Notes: generated by a model from the letters alone, not told the origin. 64,000 nt of DNA from Octopus vulgaris (GCA_951406725.2 OX597820.1:49228001-49292000); one strand, 5' to 3'. Shown: positions 13,613 through 27,590, counted from the first letter of the stretch. Numbers and translations are program-made.

Positions 13613-14031
13613 TTCAGACCATGTTTATTTTAGATGCAATGACCCTCTCGATATACAGAAAAATATCAGCTTCAACACACGAACAAACTTCAAGAATCTT
13701 CCAAAAGAAAAAAGAAAATTCCAAGACGGTTCAACAGTTTGAGCGAATTTTTAGTTAAAGAATTATTGCATCAGCAATAGTTCAGAATATTTCGTGTCTA
13801 TAAATTGTATATTTCGAAGAATGGCCACAATTTTATATGTATTTGAAGCAATCTTTAAATGTACAGTCCTCCCACTGTTCTCTAGCACTCTCCAATTTAT
13901 TACACTTGTATTCTAACAACACCAACTAAGCCGAAACTTCGAAGTCATTACGGATGTGATTATGATTAATATGTGACACTAAACTTTTAATAAGGCCATG
14001 TTCAGTTTACAACTATAACAATATGTGAGTG

Positions 14032-14062
<31 letters not shown>

Positions 14063-14078
14063 TTTTAGATACATATAG

Positions 14079-14119
<41 letters not shown>

Positions 14120-14135
14120 AACATATGTTTATGTG

Positions 14136-14183
<48 letters not shown>

Positions 14184-14199
14184 AACATATGTTTATGTG

Positions 14200-14238
<39 letters not shown>

Positions 14239-14513
14239 TTAAATATATACCTATATGCTTGTATGTGCGTGTTTATATACATATATGTATGCTTGATGTA
14301 ATGTAGATATATATGGGCTTCTGTGTCTATATATTATTCATTTGTGTAAGCATATACATTTGAATGGCTCCCAAAGAGACCTATATTCGTATATTACTGA
14401 CTTCATTAATATAGATTAGTGCTAATGAAATGCATTTATGTACTTATATATATATGTGTATTAGTGTGTGTGTTTATGTATGTATGTGTGTGTGCATCGA
14501 TATATCTATCTAC

Positions 14514-14602
<89 letters not shown>

Positions 14603-15412
14603 AGAAATTGAGAGAGTGAGAACTGCGTATTTATGGATTTTCATGGAATTGTTTTAGCCAGCATTTGTCTGTGGGTTCATAACAATGTTTTGTTTTAATG
14701 ACATATATATACACTCATTGACTTTTGGGCAAATACTTTCGACTCTCTTTCGACAGAAGAGTTCCATCATTGTCTGGATTGATTGATGAAAGTGAAGCAA
14801 CTCGAAGTGCAACACCGTATCTATTCTCAGTTTCAATTAAATGAAAATTTGTAAACTTCATTGCCGTCCAAATGAGATCAGATAATAAGTTGGCCTTATC
14901 ATTTCTATATGTGGGCGTGTGTGTGAGTGGGCTGAAGGGCAGTTGGGATGTTTGGGAGTGGTTACAACCGATAGCGTATTCTCTTTCCAATAAGCAATTC
15001 GGTTCTACTGATGGTGAATGAATATGTCACTCTGTGAGTTGTAAAGTGGTTTTTGTTGGAAGGTGTTATTGTTGCTAACTGCGTTGTGTTGCTGTCGCTC
15101 TTTGTGGTGTTAATTTTATTATTGTGGGTGTTGTTTGTCGTGTAGGTGTTGGTGTTTGTGTAGGTAGTGGAGGTAGTTGTAACAGTAGTGGCAGAGATTG
15201 TTATTTGTTGCAGCGATGGTGTTGTTGGTGGTGATGTAAGTAATTGGAAGAATTAATGCAAAACGTTGGGTAAATAGATTACAGCAAAAGATTCATCAAA
15301 TCTTAGTACTTGTGTACGTTAACGTTTCCGTCTTTGTTTGTTTCTTTCTTTTTTTCCCTCTTTCTCTTTCTCTCACATCTATCTCTATACATTTCGTTCT
15401 TAATATACATAT

Positions 15413-15460
<48 letters not shown>

Positions 15461-15561
15461 CTGTGTGCGCACGTGTGTTCCTCTGTATGCGTGTGAGTGT
15501 GTATATCTATTTCACTTACTTTCTGTTTATCTATCTAACTATCTCTATCTATCTATCTATC

Positions 15562-15646
<85 letters not shown>

Positions 15647-15665
15647 ACCTATCTATCTCTATCTT

Positions 15666-15706
<41 letters not shown>

Positions 15707-15774
15707 CTATCGATCTATATATATATAGATATATATATATACATACATATATATAAATAATTATCTCTCTCTCA

Positions 15775-15835
<61 letters not shown>

Positions 15836-15932
15836 TTTATAGATATATATAAATATATATATATAGATATATAGATATTTATTTATATGTATGTATGTAT
15901 ATATATACACAACACAGATATAACTATATACT

Positions 15933-15975
<43 letters not shown>

Positions 15976-16482
15976 AGGTAGATACTTATCTGCCTTTATC
16001 TGTTTATAGCTGTGTATCAAATAAAAACGCCTCCAATAACAATGAAGTGTGTGACAATCATATACGAACGCCATACAATATATATCTATGTATCTCAATG
16101 CGTTATGTTTATTTAAATATGTGTACTGGAGTGAAAGGGCCCCTCATTAATCACAAAATTAATCAAATTCACTTCATAAATGAGTCATTAGCTTCGTAGA
16201 ATATACTTCAATCTCATATGCTGTGATTTACATATATCATTAAGTGGCCATTCGGTCATATGAATACATTTCTGCTTAGATCTTCGCGCCCATATACACA
16301 ATCACCAACAATAACCCACATACACAGGCACCACGCATATATGCATCCATATATACACTTAAGTATGTAGACATATATATCTATACATATATGTATACAT
16401 ACATACACAGATTACTTACATACATAAATACATACAGATATACATACATATGTATACACACACACACATATATATATGATAG

Positions 16483-16531
<49 letters not shown>

Positions 16532-16739
16532 CACAAACGGATACCTGAATAAATAATTAGGTATGCAGATACAGGTAGATACGCAGATATGTTACTGACG
16601 TTAATTGTACATATCAATGAATATGCGTATGTACCCATACACGTGCCCACGAACATAGCACTTTCATATAAAATTCATAAAAAATAAATCATTAGTGATG
16701 TTTTCTACGGACAAGGTTTGCTTTCTGTCGTTCAAAAGT

Positions 16740-17200
16740 CACTTATCCGCACAAGGCGACCCATTAGTATAAAGAGCCAACATGTGTCCCTTTATCACGA
16801 AGTCTTGCCCATTACAGTGCTCGCACCTTCCGAACCACAGCTTCCTTGTGGAAACATCTGCTGTCTGTGTATGTAACATCAACTCCACCTGCCCATTACC
16901 ATCTCTGACCACCATCTACGATGTTTTGTTTACTATAGAAGAATAGCCTCAGCTTCCCAAGTCATATTTTATTCTCGTACTTTTCAACCCTAGCCTCACC
17001 CCATTTCATTCTCTTACTTTCCACCACACTGCATTTCATTATATTATTTTGCATACGATTCTCCAAAGGAATAGAAAGTGCTAAAGCTACCAACTGCAAC
17101 GCTATTTCTGACATCAACACCATGTTATCTTAGAAGTGTTGTACTGACCATTTTGGGGAATTTTAGCAGCTTTCCAATATCTGTTTTAGCTCTCAATCTT
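16740..17200 (-). mobile_element. Degenerate RTE-like LINE 3' remnant
   Basis: Minus strand gives R-W-*-WAG...TDSR.. followed by a GR-like segment, resembling the RTE C-terminal RLRWAGHV.R motif. Heavily decayed. Confidence 0.35.
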
Positions 17201-17609
17201 GTTCTACGTTAGGAACCCCGGGCAGGTGTGCTTGGAAATGAAGTCTTCATAAAGCTATCATACATAAGATAGTAACCTCCGTTGGGAGGAGGTACATACA
17301 ATGGCTAACATTACACCGGATAACTTGTCTTGTGGCAGCACTCTTATTCCAAGACCCAGTCAATTACCAGTGCTACTGAGGTACTGATGATGTGTCCCAT
17401 TGTTTCTCCCGTCAAGGTGCGCACGTACACATACACAGGCCCACTCACACACTCACACACACATACACATATATGATTATTTAAATAGGTATATATATAA
17501 ATGTACATGTATGTATATGCGTACGTGTGTCTATGTATATATGCAGGTATAGTCGTATATATATATATATATATATAATATGCACGTATATAGAGACACA
17601 AAGTGCATA

Positions 17610-18843
17610 TACAAGGGTCGGTTAAAGTGGTCATACGTTGAACAAGATACTCTCATGGAATATAATGATATGAGTTTTTTTTTTCAACGAATATTCATCA
17701 TGCGGTCCACATACCTCTTCCATTGGTATTGCTGTGCATTGGTGAAAAAACTTGTATCCTGTTTGTCAAAGATACCTACAGTAGATATAACGTCATCAAC
17801 ACTGTGATATTGTTTCCCAGTCAAGTATTTTATTCGTGTTTGGGAACAAAGGATAGTCAAATGGAGCAAAATCAGCCGAATAGCGGGGGTCATCATCCAA
17901 CTCCTAGCCTTAGTCACGCACAACAGCCATTAACACCAAAGTCTTATTTGGCTGGAACATTGTCCATGAAACATGACCCCTTCCGTCAGTTTAATTGGGC
18001 GCTTGGTCCTGATAAACTTTCGTAACTGCCTCAGCAAGCTGGCACAGTACTCTTCATTGATGTTGTGTCCGTTTTGCTTGTTGCATCACAAAATACTGAG
18101 AATATCATCTTTCCTGCAGATGAAATCATCTGGACCTACTTTGGAGCAGGTGAAGAAGGTTGTTTGCTCTCTATGTATTGCCTCTTTGCATTTCGCTCGA
18201 AATGATGAACCGAACAATAACCCTGGCTTAGGAAATGTTCAGGAAAATCGGCTAGATCAGCCACAACCAATGTCAGATTTTCTCGCAATGTGATCAGGTA
18301 CCAGAAGACGTGGCAGCCACCGAGCAAAATAATTTGCCATGCGACGTTCATTGGGCAGAATATTCTGTCCCCTTAAGGAATCTGCTAATAGGATTGGCTA
18401 TTTCCTTTATAGTCAGTTGCCTATTATCCATCACTATACGGTGACAACGATAATATTTTCCACGGCTGTGGCAATTTCAGTACATCCAGACTTTGCGTTA
18501 TCTTCAAGACACTCCCCTACGCAATTTAGCTGTTTTAAACTGCTGATAAAGCTGGAGTGTCATTCACTAATGTAGCAAGTATATCATCATGAAAGCCCTT
18601 GGCGTCTAAAATATTTTTTTTGTGGGTATTTCATAACACAATGATGCAAGATTATTTCTATTTTCAAGAGAAATTACTCCTAGTTACGTCTGAAGTTGTC
18701 TTTGAACAGTCAGGTATCAGTTTATCTAGAAAGAAACAATGCATTTATCAATACGCAGTGTTGAAATTAATGTATGCAAGATTTCACAGCTCCAGCATTA
18801 TTCCTTCATAGTCAGCTTATAAACATTTCAGACACCACTTGTG
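17610..18843 (-). mobile_element. Near full-length, decayed mariner (DD34D-type) element
   Basis: Minus-strand remnants SVHHFERNAKRQYIESKQPSSPAPK (cf. WVHHFEPETKRQS), PRYSADFAPFDYPLFP (cf. YSPDLAPSDY) and YQWKRYVD. Imperfect TIRs: tacaagggtcggttaaagtggtcata at 17610 and ...aacatttcagacaccacttgt ending ~18842. Length ~1.23 kb. Confidence 0.85.
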
Positions 18844-19209
18844 CACGTGTATGTGTGTATGTGTGTGTGTGTGACTATCAGTGTGTGTGTGTGTGTGTTA
18901 GTGTGTGTGTGTGAGCGTGTGTCTGTGTCTGTATGTATGCTCGCAATGGTATATTGATCTTCATAAATCCCTTGCGCTTCAGTTTTATTACGTACCTGAT
19001 AAGAGGAAATATTTATCAAGTAACTCCGTTCTGTTTATCATTATTGATACATAAATTCTCATAAAAGTTCAAATAATTGAAGCTCTATCTATCGCATATA
19101 TATATATATATGATTCTTAAATCCATGATTTAATAGATATATGAATTCTCTCAGATACTCAGTTCATCGTGTACATCCACTAGCAGTCTATATCCTGCAT
19201 TCATATACA

Positions 19210-19292
<83 letters not shown>

Positions 19293-19367
19293 GTATGTAG
19301 GAATGTATGTTTGCATATATGTATGTATGTATGGATGGATGGATGGATGAATATATGTATATGTATG

Positions 19368-19411
<44 letters not shown>

Positions 19412-19526
19412 TGTATTTATGTTTGTATTTATGCATATATGAATTACAAGGGTAGAAAATTTAGAAACATTTCATACCAATACCTAGCATTCGTAATAAA
19501 AGTCAATAGACTACATATTTGCATAT

Positions 19527-19913
19527 ATAAAAAGTGTATGGTACTTATACACTAAAAGAGGCGACCCTTTACAGGACGCCTTACCTACTAGATAGGGCAG
19601 CCAAACTCAGACCACAAAAACTTAATTCCAGAGAGAATGAAAACAACAATTATTTAATAGTTAATCCCAAAGTCGAGTTTCTGTATTAATGAATAAATAA
19701 ATTAATTTGTCATCTGATGAAGTACCGACGACAAATTAATTAACTTATTTATTAATACAGAAAATCGAGTTCGGATTAACTGTAAATAATTGTCGTTTTC
19801 ATTCTCTTTGGAATTAGTTTTTTTCGCGGTAGGGTTTGTCTGCCCTCTCTAGCATGTAGTGCGTCTTGTAGAGGGTCGTCTCTTTTAGTGTATAAATACT
19901 ATAGACTTTTTAT
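19527..19913. repeat. Long imperfect palindrome (two ~185-bp arms, tiny loop)
   Basis: Left ataaaaagtgtatggtacttatacactaaaagag...attaatttgtc is the reverse complement (with mismatches) of gacaaattaat...ctcttttagtgtataaatactatagactttttat. Centre is ctgatgaagtacc. Confidence 0.92.
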
Positions 19914-19950
19914 GGATTTATGTATATATATATATGTATATGTATATATT

Positions 19951-20019
<69 letters not shown>

Positions 20020-20043
20020 TTATATATATATATTTATATATAT

Positions 20044-20548
20044 AACAAAGTGGAGTTGTAGGGTACCGCGCGAGTGGAATTATATACGAAAGAAGGTTTG
20101 AAAGTGCAATTTAAAAGATGTTTATTTACTTTAGCGGTTTCACTCTTTGGAAAGAGATTGTCAAAAGTAACATGTAGAAGTTTGGTTGCGTTAATTATTG
20201 GTTGTTACAAATTGCTATGTTACATATATACAGTCTTTGGTAACAGGGACATGTTAAGGACATAAAAAAGTTCAACAAGTTCCTTAAAATATTGGGCACA
20301 AAAGATTACTACATAAATAATCATTCTCAAGGACATGCTTAAGGTAGTTTCCAGAAGGAATTGATATTGCTATTGGTATCGTATCTGTATATTCAAACAT
20401 GCACAGAATATTGGTTGACACAGAGCATTACAATGCATATAAATATACGTTCTTTGGTGACAAGAGCATGTTGAGAATATAAAAAAGTTTAACAAGCTCA
20501 TTGAAATTATTGGGCACAAGAGATTACAACAAATACAGTATACGTTCT
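20044..20548 (-). mobile_element. (TA)n-flanked non-autonomous element with degenerate hammerhead motif and ~218-bp internal direct repeat
   Basis: Minus strand of 20126-20170 reads ttactt-ttgacaa-t-ctctt tcca aagag-t-gaaac cg ct a-aagtaa. Direct repeat tctttggt..ca...attgggcaca..agattac at ~20234 and ~20451. Confidence 0.5.
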
Positions 20549-20552
20549 CATA

Positions 20553-20600
<48 letters not shown>

Positions 20601-20833
20601 ATATATATGTAAATATATATTCACTTTTATAAACGTATAATTTGTGTATGTACGCATACATACATGCATATATGTGTGTGTATGCATATATATACATACG
20701 TACTTCATATAAAATACACTGTACATCATTTTACAGTGGACAGTATTTTATATGAATAATATATAGTCTAATGACTAATTTTTCTATACGCTAGCTCACT
20801 GGTAGTAAAATCTTTATTACCCCGGTATTATTA

Positions 20834-20924
<91 letters not shown>

Positions 20925-21149
20925 CGCTTTCCCGTAGCTGTCTTTGCTTTCATCTCCATTTTCTTATAATGTTCTCGATTTGATGTGAAATAGAACAAAA
21001 CGTAATGCTTTAAGATTTCACGCCTCGCTACTGAAGTTCTGATTGATTTCATTTTACCCTGATTTTATTATCTGTAAATTAGTCAAATATGAACAATTAA
21101 AACATAGAAAGTGAAGAAACTAAAGAGGGAATTTTTTTTTTTTTTTTAT

Positions 21150-21575
21150 ATCACTATCGTCTCCTATGCTACCATCTTTATATTTCTGCCGACTATGTCT
21201 TTGCGATGTAACTAGTTTAATGTTTGACAAACCTGCAAATAGGAAAATAGAGAAAGCGATTGTATGGTATTTCTATTCGGCCATTAATGCTTCACAAGAT
21301 CTAAAGGTACAGCTATTCACTCATCATTATTTAATAGACCAGAGACATCAGTTGTTATGGAAGGCTACCGTGCTTCTGATCTCGCTCTAAGAAATAAAAA
21401 TAGGTGGTTCACCAGAACAGTGATCCAAGTTTTGGTCTATTTCAATATTTTTCATGACTAACAAAGAATACTGACAGCGTAAGAGCGTTCGATAAAACCA
21501 CTTTGCTTTTACATGTAGACAATGTTCAATGTCACCCAACTAACATTGATGATCTGAAAAATAATGTTCAATATC
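21150..21575 (+). mobile_element. pogo/Tigger-like transposase remnant
   Basis: TTLLLHVDNVQCHPTNIDDLKNNVQ resembles the DDE_1 motif LLLLDNAPGHP; upstream IEKAIVWYF resembles the CENP-B HTH region. Confidence 0.5.
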
Positions 21576-22876
21576 GGCAATTGAACAGGTGTATCAAATC
21601 ATCGGTACTTCGAATGGTCGGGACTTTAAGTTCAAACTCTAATGAGTTTGAATTTCCATTGCAATGTTTTGAGATTGATAATGAAGTAACAACGTTCGAT
21701 TTTGGAGTTATACCTATCTATATAGATATGTGTACGGGGTGGGGATATATATCTATATTAGTCAATCAATCAACCAATCTATCTATCTACCTATCTACCT
21801 TCCCATCTATCTATTTATCTATCTATCTATCTGTCAATCCATCCATCCCTCTTTGTACTTATATATGTGTGTGTGTATATATATATAGAGAGAGAGGGGG
21901 AGAGGGAGAAAGAGAGAGAGAGGGAGAGAGAAAGAGTAAGAGAGACATATATGTGCGTGTGTGTGTTTCTGGGTGGGTGTTTGTGAATGAGTGTGTGCAT
22001 ATATATATATATATATATACACACACATAGATAAAAACACCTAAAGGTAAATGAGAGACAAGCGATAATCATCGATATTTCTATGTGACTGTTCAAAGCC
22101 ACATCCCGAACAAGGCCTGCTGCAAGCCATGTGTATGTCAGTGATTTTGTATACATTTACTACGTTTGCCAACTCAATTGTATATATTCACTAGATCTGT
22201 GTACATAATAGTAAAATGGCGATCGAAAGAATGCTGAGAATGTCATCAAATAGCAAATACTTTTATTTCCTTATGGTTAAATTGTGGATCCCCAGGTTGT
22301 TTTAAAAAACGAGAGATTATGAATTCATACACATATGCACACGCGTCTATAGAGACATAGGAATGTAAATTACAAAGACATTTACACTCACAAACGCACA
22401 TCTGCGCGTGCAAGTACACACACATGCATCACACATATTCATATAAATGAGGAAGGGCAGGATTAATAGCAAAATAAGTAGGACAATTTTGTTGGTAACA
22501 TGCCTCTGTTAATTGTCTTGGATGCTCTCAATAAACACGAACACACACACAGACATACCTGCACACATACTTTTACAACACATTATAGATTATTTTTCAG
22601 ACTAAAGCGTTAAACAAGCATATTGCGCAATATTAAATTAAATAAATATCAAAGGAGCATAAAAATAAGCAGTGCATTCAGTGCTAAATGCATATGCATC
22701 ACATTATAGCTTCCTCGGAGCATAAAAAGTTGATTTCGTTTTTCGAAATTTCGGAGCTGTAAACTAATACACATGCACATAGCTCTGAATGCTCTTCTGC
22801 ATCGAATACCAGAAACAGCTCAAAGGTAACGAAATTGGAAATGGATGCGTGGTGTTCAATCAAATGATAATGTAAA

Positions 22877-22902
<26 letters not shown>

Positions 22903-22912
<10 letters not shown>

Positions 22913-23094
22913 ATTAGAGACAAAACCACTATTTTGCAAAACAAACAAGGAAAGACTTAATCAATACATAAAATTTTAATAAAATTTTTACTTTTTTTTA
23001 CTTTTTTTTACTTTTTATTAAAATGTTATGTATTGATTAAGTCTTTCCTTGTTTGTTTTGCAAAATAGTGGTTTTGTCTCTAATAATATTATAT
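22903..23094. repeat. Near-perfect ~80-bp inverted repeat with (TTTTTTTTAC)-type spacer
   Basis: ttattagagacaaaaccactattttgcaaaacaaacaaggaaagacttaatcaatacataa vs ttatgtattgattaagtctttccttgtttgttttgcaaaatagtggttttgtctctaataa. Confidence 0.95.
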
Positions 23095-23177
23095 AATATT
23101 TTACTATAAAATTGGATTTAATCCTAAATCTGGTTTTTTTCCCTGTAAATTTGGATTTATTCCCTAATATTTATTAT

Positions 23178-23228
<51 letters not shown>

Positions 23229-23232
<4 letters not shown>

Positions 23233-23790
23233 TATATGGGTACATGGCGTCACAAAAATTTAATGGCATGAAATGCGATAACAAATGAGTTGAATACGCA
23301 AACGAGAGAAACAAATGGAAAGCAGTAACATAAAGAATGACCCTTCATCAGTTGTCGGCTACCTATCTACTCCTCGTTCCGAGCATTGAATGGCAATATG
23401 AACCTTCGAAGGCAGTTGCTTCTAGAAAAGCCAAAATAAAATGTGGCATTTATGGAGGGTCAACATTGGTAGCAAAAACAGGACAATGGAGACATATAAG
23501 GGAATATAACGAAAACAAACATGATGGGTCGTTTGACTAGACGCAGGTAAAAAAGCGATCGTTGGAGAAATATTTTATTTGAGAAGAGAAAAGATAGAAG
23601 AGAGAGATAGATAGGATAGTCCAACCTCTAGGACAGCCCTGAAAGAAAAGAATGATGATCACGTGAGGAAAAGAAAGATGGACGATGGTCACGTGTGAGC
23701 AACACGAGAGAGAAAGAGTAAAGGACAAAGAGGGTGTGAGAGACATATAGAAAACAGTGAAGGGGAGAAAAAGGAATTAGACAAACGATG
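23229..23790 (-). mobile_element. Probable Penelope pLTR-like segment
   Basis: Shares the terminus tgcatatatgggtaca with 8250 and 38267. Minus strand has caactgatgaaggg (half hammerhead core). Lies just upstream of the GIY-YIG remnant. Confidence 0.55.
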
Positions 23791-23919
23791 AGAGAGAAAG
23801 CGATAGGGGAGATTACAGTATAGATTAGCGTCGCATCAAAAAGTTTAAGATAAAATTACTTTGAATTGGATGCGTGGCGTTGAATCAAAAACCAATATAA
23901 ATAATATATATATATATAT

Positions 23920-24245
23920 ATCAACACCATCATCCTCAATGGCAGCGATCACCATCCCTCTGACGTCAACAATTCCTCTACATGAACTTGTAGTAATGTT
24001 ATTTACTGTATTTCCTCTCTCTCTCTCTCTCTTTCTCTCTCTTTTTCTCTCTCTCTCCCACTCGCTGTGCTTCCCAGTAATTCAAACTCGGCAATGACAC
24101 CCCAGTCTCAAACGACTTCCGCTCTACTGGTCATTCACTACAACATCTGTGTTCGGACTGTCTCTGTACATAAGCCACTCGGACTCCCGCATTTGCTGTG
24201 AACAGGAATTACTCTTCTCTTTTCGTTGCATTTTGCGCCCCATTT
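23920..24245 (+). pseudogene. Penelope-like element GIY-YIG endonuclease remnant
   Basis: Translations ST*TCSNVIYCIS (cf. F.C.S.NVIYCI.C), then KLGNDTPVSNDFRSTGHSLQHL/VFGLSLYISHSDSRICCEQELLFSFR (cf. PVARHF...GHS...R...EQ.LIF.L). A (CT)n tract occupies the place of the YIG segment. Confidence 0.75.
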
Positions 24246-25168
24246 ATATATATAACAAAAATAGAGATTAAAAATCCTGGTAGATATCAAGTAACCACTC
24301 AATATAATCTAATAAGGTGAAATTTCCTACAAGTAGATACCAGTAAATTTATATAGAATACAAATCATAGGTAAATCCTCATGTATAACAGGTAAATCCA
24401 ACAATCCTAGTAGAGAATTTTAAGAAATTCAGAGTATCAACGACTATGAATAATATGTACGAAGAAAATCATATCTTTATTTTAGATCATATCATAAAAA
24501 TCCAACAATTGTTTCAATTCTATTAACATATACATACATACATATCTATAAGTGTGTGTCTGTGTGTGTCTGTATACATACAACACATTATATATACATA
24601 ATATTATGAAAATTAATAATAATATGTACGAAAATTTATGTCATCAACATTATCAAAGTAATCCAAATTGGTGAAATTCTAACTGAACATCCGAGAAAAT
24701 TTTAGCTGTTAAAAAATGCTGACAAAAAGACAGCCAAACCACATTTAGTTTTAGACATTCATTCATTCAACCAAGAGCGACGTCATTGAATAACTAATTT
24801 ACTTCATAAAAATATAATATAACAAATACTAATTCCATATTTTTTGACAATTTGAAATCTACATAAAACAAAGACCTCACGTAGAAAACGAGTATATTTA
24901 TCTACAAAAATTGATTGTCATGTGTATATATGTATATATATATATTCACGCATATCTATATGTGTGCACGTATATGAATGTATTTATGTATGTATGTATG
25001 TATATATATTTATATATATACATATACATGTATATGTATATATATTTACATCCCTTTCGACGAGCTTAGAAAAAGCCTCTGCCGTAACTGAATATGCGAG
25101 GGACCATTCGTGGATATATGGAAGCGTTTATTCAAACATGAAAAAAATAAAATCTGCCATAAGTGTGC

Positions 25169-25229
<61 letters not shown>

Positions 25230-25409
25230 CGTGTATCCCTGCACGTGGAAGTGTGAATGCGAGAGCGCGATACATTTAAATATATGCGTAAAGAACTCAG
25301 CATACACAGGTATTGTTGTGCAGCAACGTGCACCAACTTATACAAAATCTATGACGATAGGAAAAAATATTTAATTGCACATGTAGTACATATGCACAGA
25401 ATACACGCA

Positions 25410-25765
25410 GCCCTGGTAAATTTTAGTCGAATGAATCAAGTTGAATGGATTGATGCCATGTCTTATATTTCAAGCCTTGTTCTTATTCTATCGGTCTCTT
25501 TGGCCGAGCCCCTATTTTACAGAAACGTAAACACACCAGCAAAGGTTGTCAATCGGTGCTGGTGTGCAAACACGGACAAAATGTCACACACATATATATA
25601 CGATAGGCTCCTTTCAGTTTCCGTCAAGCAAATCTACTTACAATGTTTTGTTAGCCCGAGGCTATACTGGAAGACACTTGCTCAAGATGCCATGCAGTGG
25701 GACAGAATCCAGGACGATGGCGTGGGGAAGCAAGCTTCTAATCACGTAGCCACGACTGCGCCTAC
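25410..25765 (-). mobile_element. SINE family A
   Basis: ctttcagtttccgtc...gcccgaggctata...gacacttgctcaagatgccatgcagtgggac...caagcttct. Confidence 0.85.
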
Positions 25766-26404
25766 GAGAAATGTTGTCTCTAATCATCTAAAGCAACACT
25801 AAACGTTTGATTTTGTGTGTATATTTTTACATGACAAAAACGGTATTATACTGAATGACACTTATTACATCTAGCTTCGATATAGAAACGGAAGACAATG
25901 CCTAAGGTCTCACATTTCACGAACGCTTGCTAATTATATGTTAGTTCAACTAAACTATACAAATGTCGATAAAATATTAACTGAAATTAAAGAATATTCC
26001 TATTTGTATTCGGGGATAACCCGCATCATTTAACGCTTATATTCTCTTACAGCGAGATTAAATTTTAGATTAATATAATTTGACATTCTAGATAATTATT
26101 CATCGATCAGTAAAGCACTGCGTAATGAGATCCCAAATATTGCTAAAGCTATTACTATCATTACTAATGCATATATCAATGTTACAATACAGGCTAGTTC
26201 TACAGATTTATTGACCAGATGACGTATTTCGATAATAATGGCGAATTGTATAGGGAGGACGGACTTGTCTTCCCTCGAAATCCGTAAATTTCTGATTTAT
26301 AAATTGACGTTAAGCATTTTCTGATCAGATAGATAGTAAATTGAAATATCTATATTAAAATTATTATATTTACCCATATTCTATCAAATCCGTGAAACAC
26401 AAGA

Positions 26405-26474
<70 letters not shown>

Positions 26475-26504
26475 TATATATATATGTGTGTGTGTATATA
26501 TATA

Positions 26505-26773
<269 letters not shown>

Positions 26774-26811
26774 TAGATAGACAAATGGACGTTGCAAAAT
26801 AGATGAAATTA

Positions 26812-27590
26812 TACGAGTTGTGTTCAAAAAGTATCCGATTTTAATTTTTCTTGCCAAAACTAATGCTTCGTGAGCAAAAAAAATTTCAGGCATCCTGCGC
26901 ATGCCTGAAAACTTCTATGCGTAGGCCGCCTCACTTCTCGTCTACTATGCCTATAATACAGACGTGTAGCTTGCGCGCGTCGGATCTTCGTTTTCAGACA
27001 ATTTGATCTAACGCATCGACCAAGCACAAAACCCCGCCTCTCGTTACCTGTGATAAAGACCTTCATGATGTCTGGGCATAGTCCAGCACTCCCTGTGCGA
27101 TTTCCATGCGGAGTTGCTTCTGCTTCTCCATCAGCATCTTGGGGACGAATTTCGCCGACACTCCCTCATGCTCAATTCCTCTGTTAAAATAGGAGGCACT
27201 GATCTTATGCTTATTCCCACTTCGTGAGTAATTCCTTGGGCAGTCCGCCATGACTACACACCCGACAGTTTGCCATGACTACTCGCCGAACCATCCCAAT
27301 AGGCTCCAAGTTTCGGCTTGTGGATGGCCTTCCTGAATCTTCTGGATAGCTTGAGCTTGAATGTCAGCAAGCGTTTAGCACAACCTGTAGCAATATCTCA
27401 ATTTGATGAGTTCGGCGAAAGCGAACATCCGACCAGTAATCACTTCACATCTTTACTCTCGGCGTAGCACAGGGAACTGATGCGGCCTAACCTCACCAAA
27501 TATTTTCATGCATTGCTCACGAAGGGTGACATCGTCTCACACCCAAAGGTGGCGTTAGTTTTGGTCGATACTTTTTGAACACACCTCAAA
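26812..27590 (-). mobile_element. Internally deleted mariner element
   Basis: TIRs tacgagttgtgttcaaaaagtatc / gatactttttgaacacacctc. Minus ORF VSAKFVPKMLMEKQKQLRMEIAQ (WVPHEL-motif region); catalytic domain missing. Confidence 0.85.
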
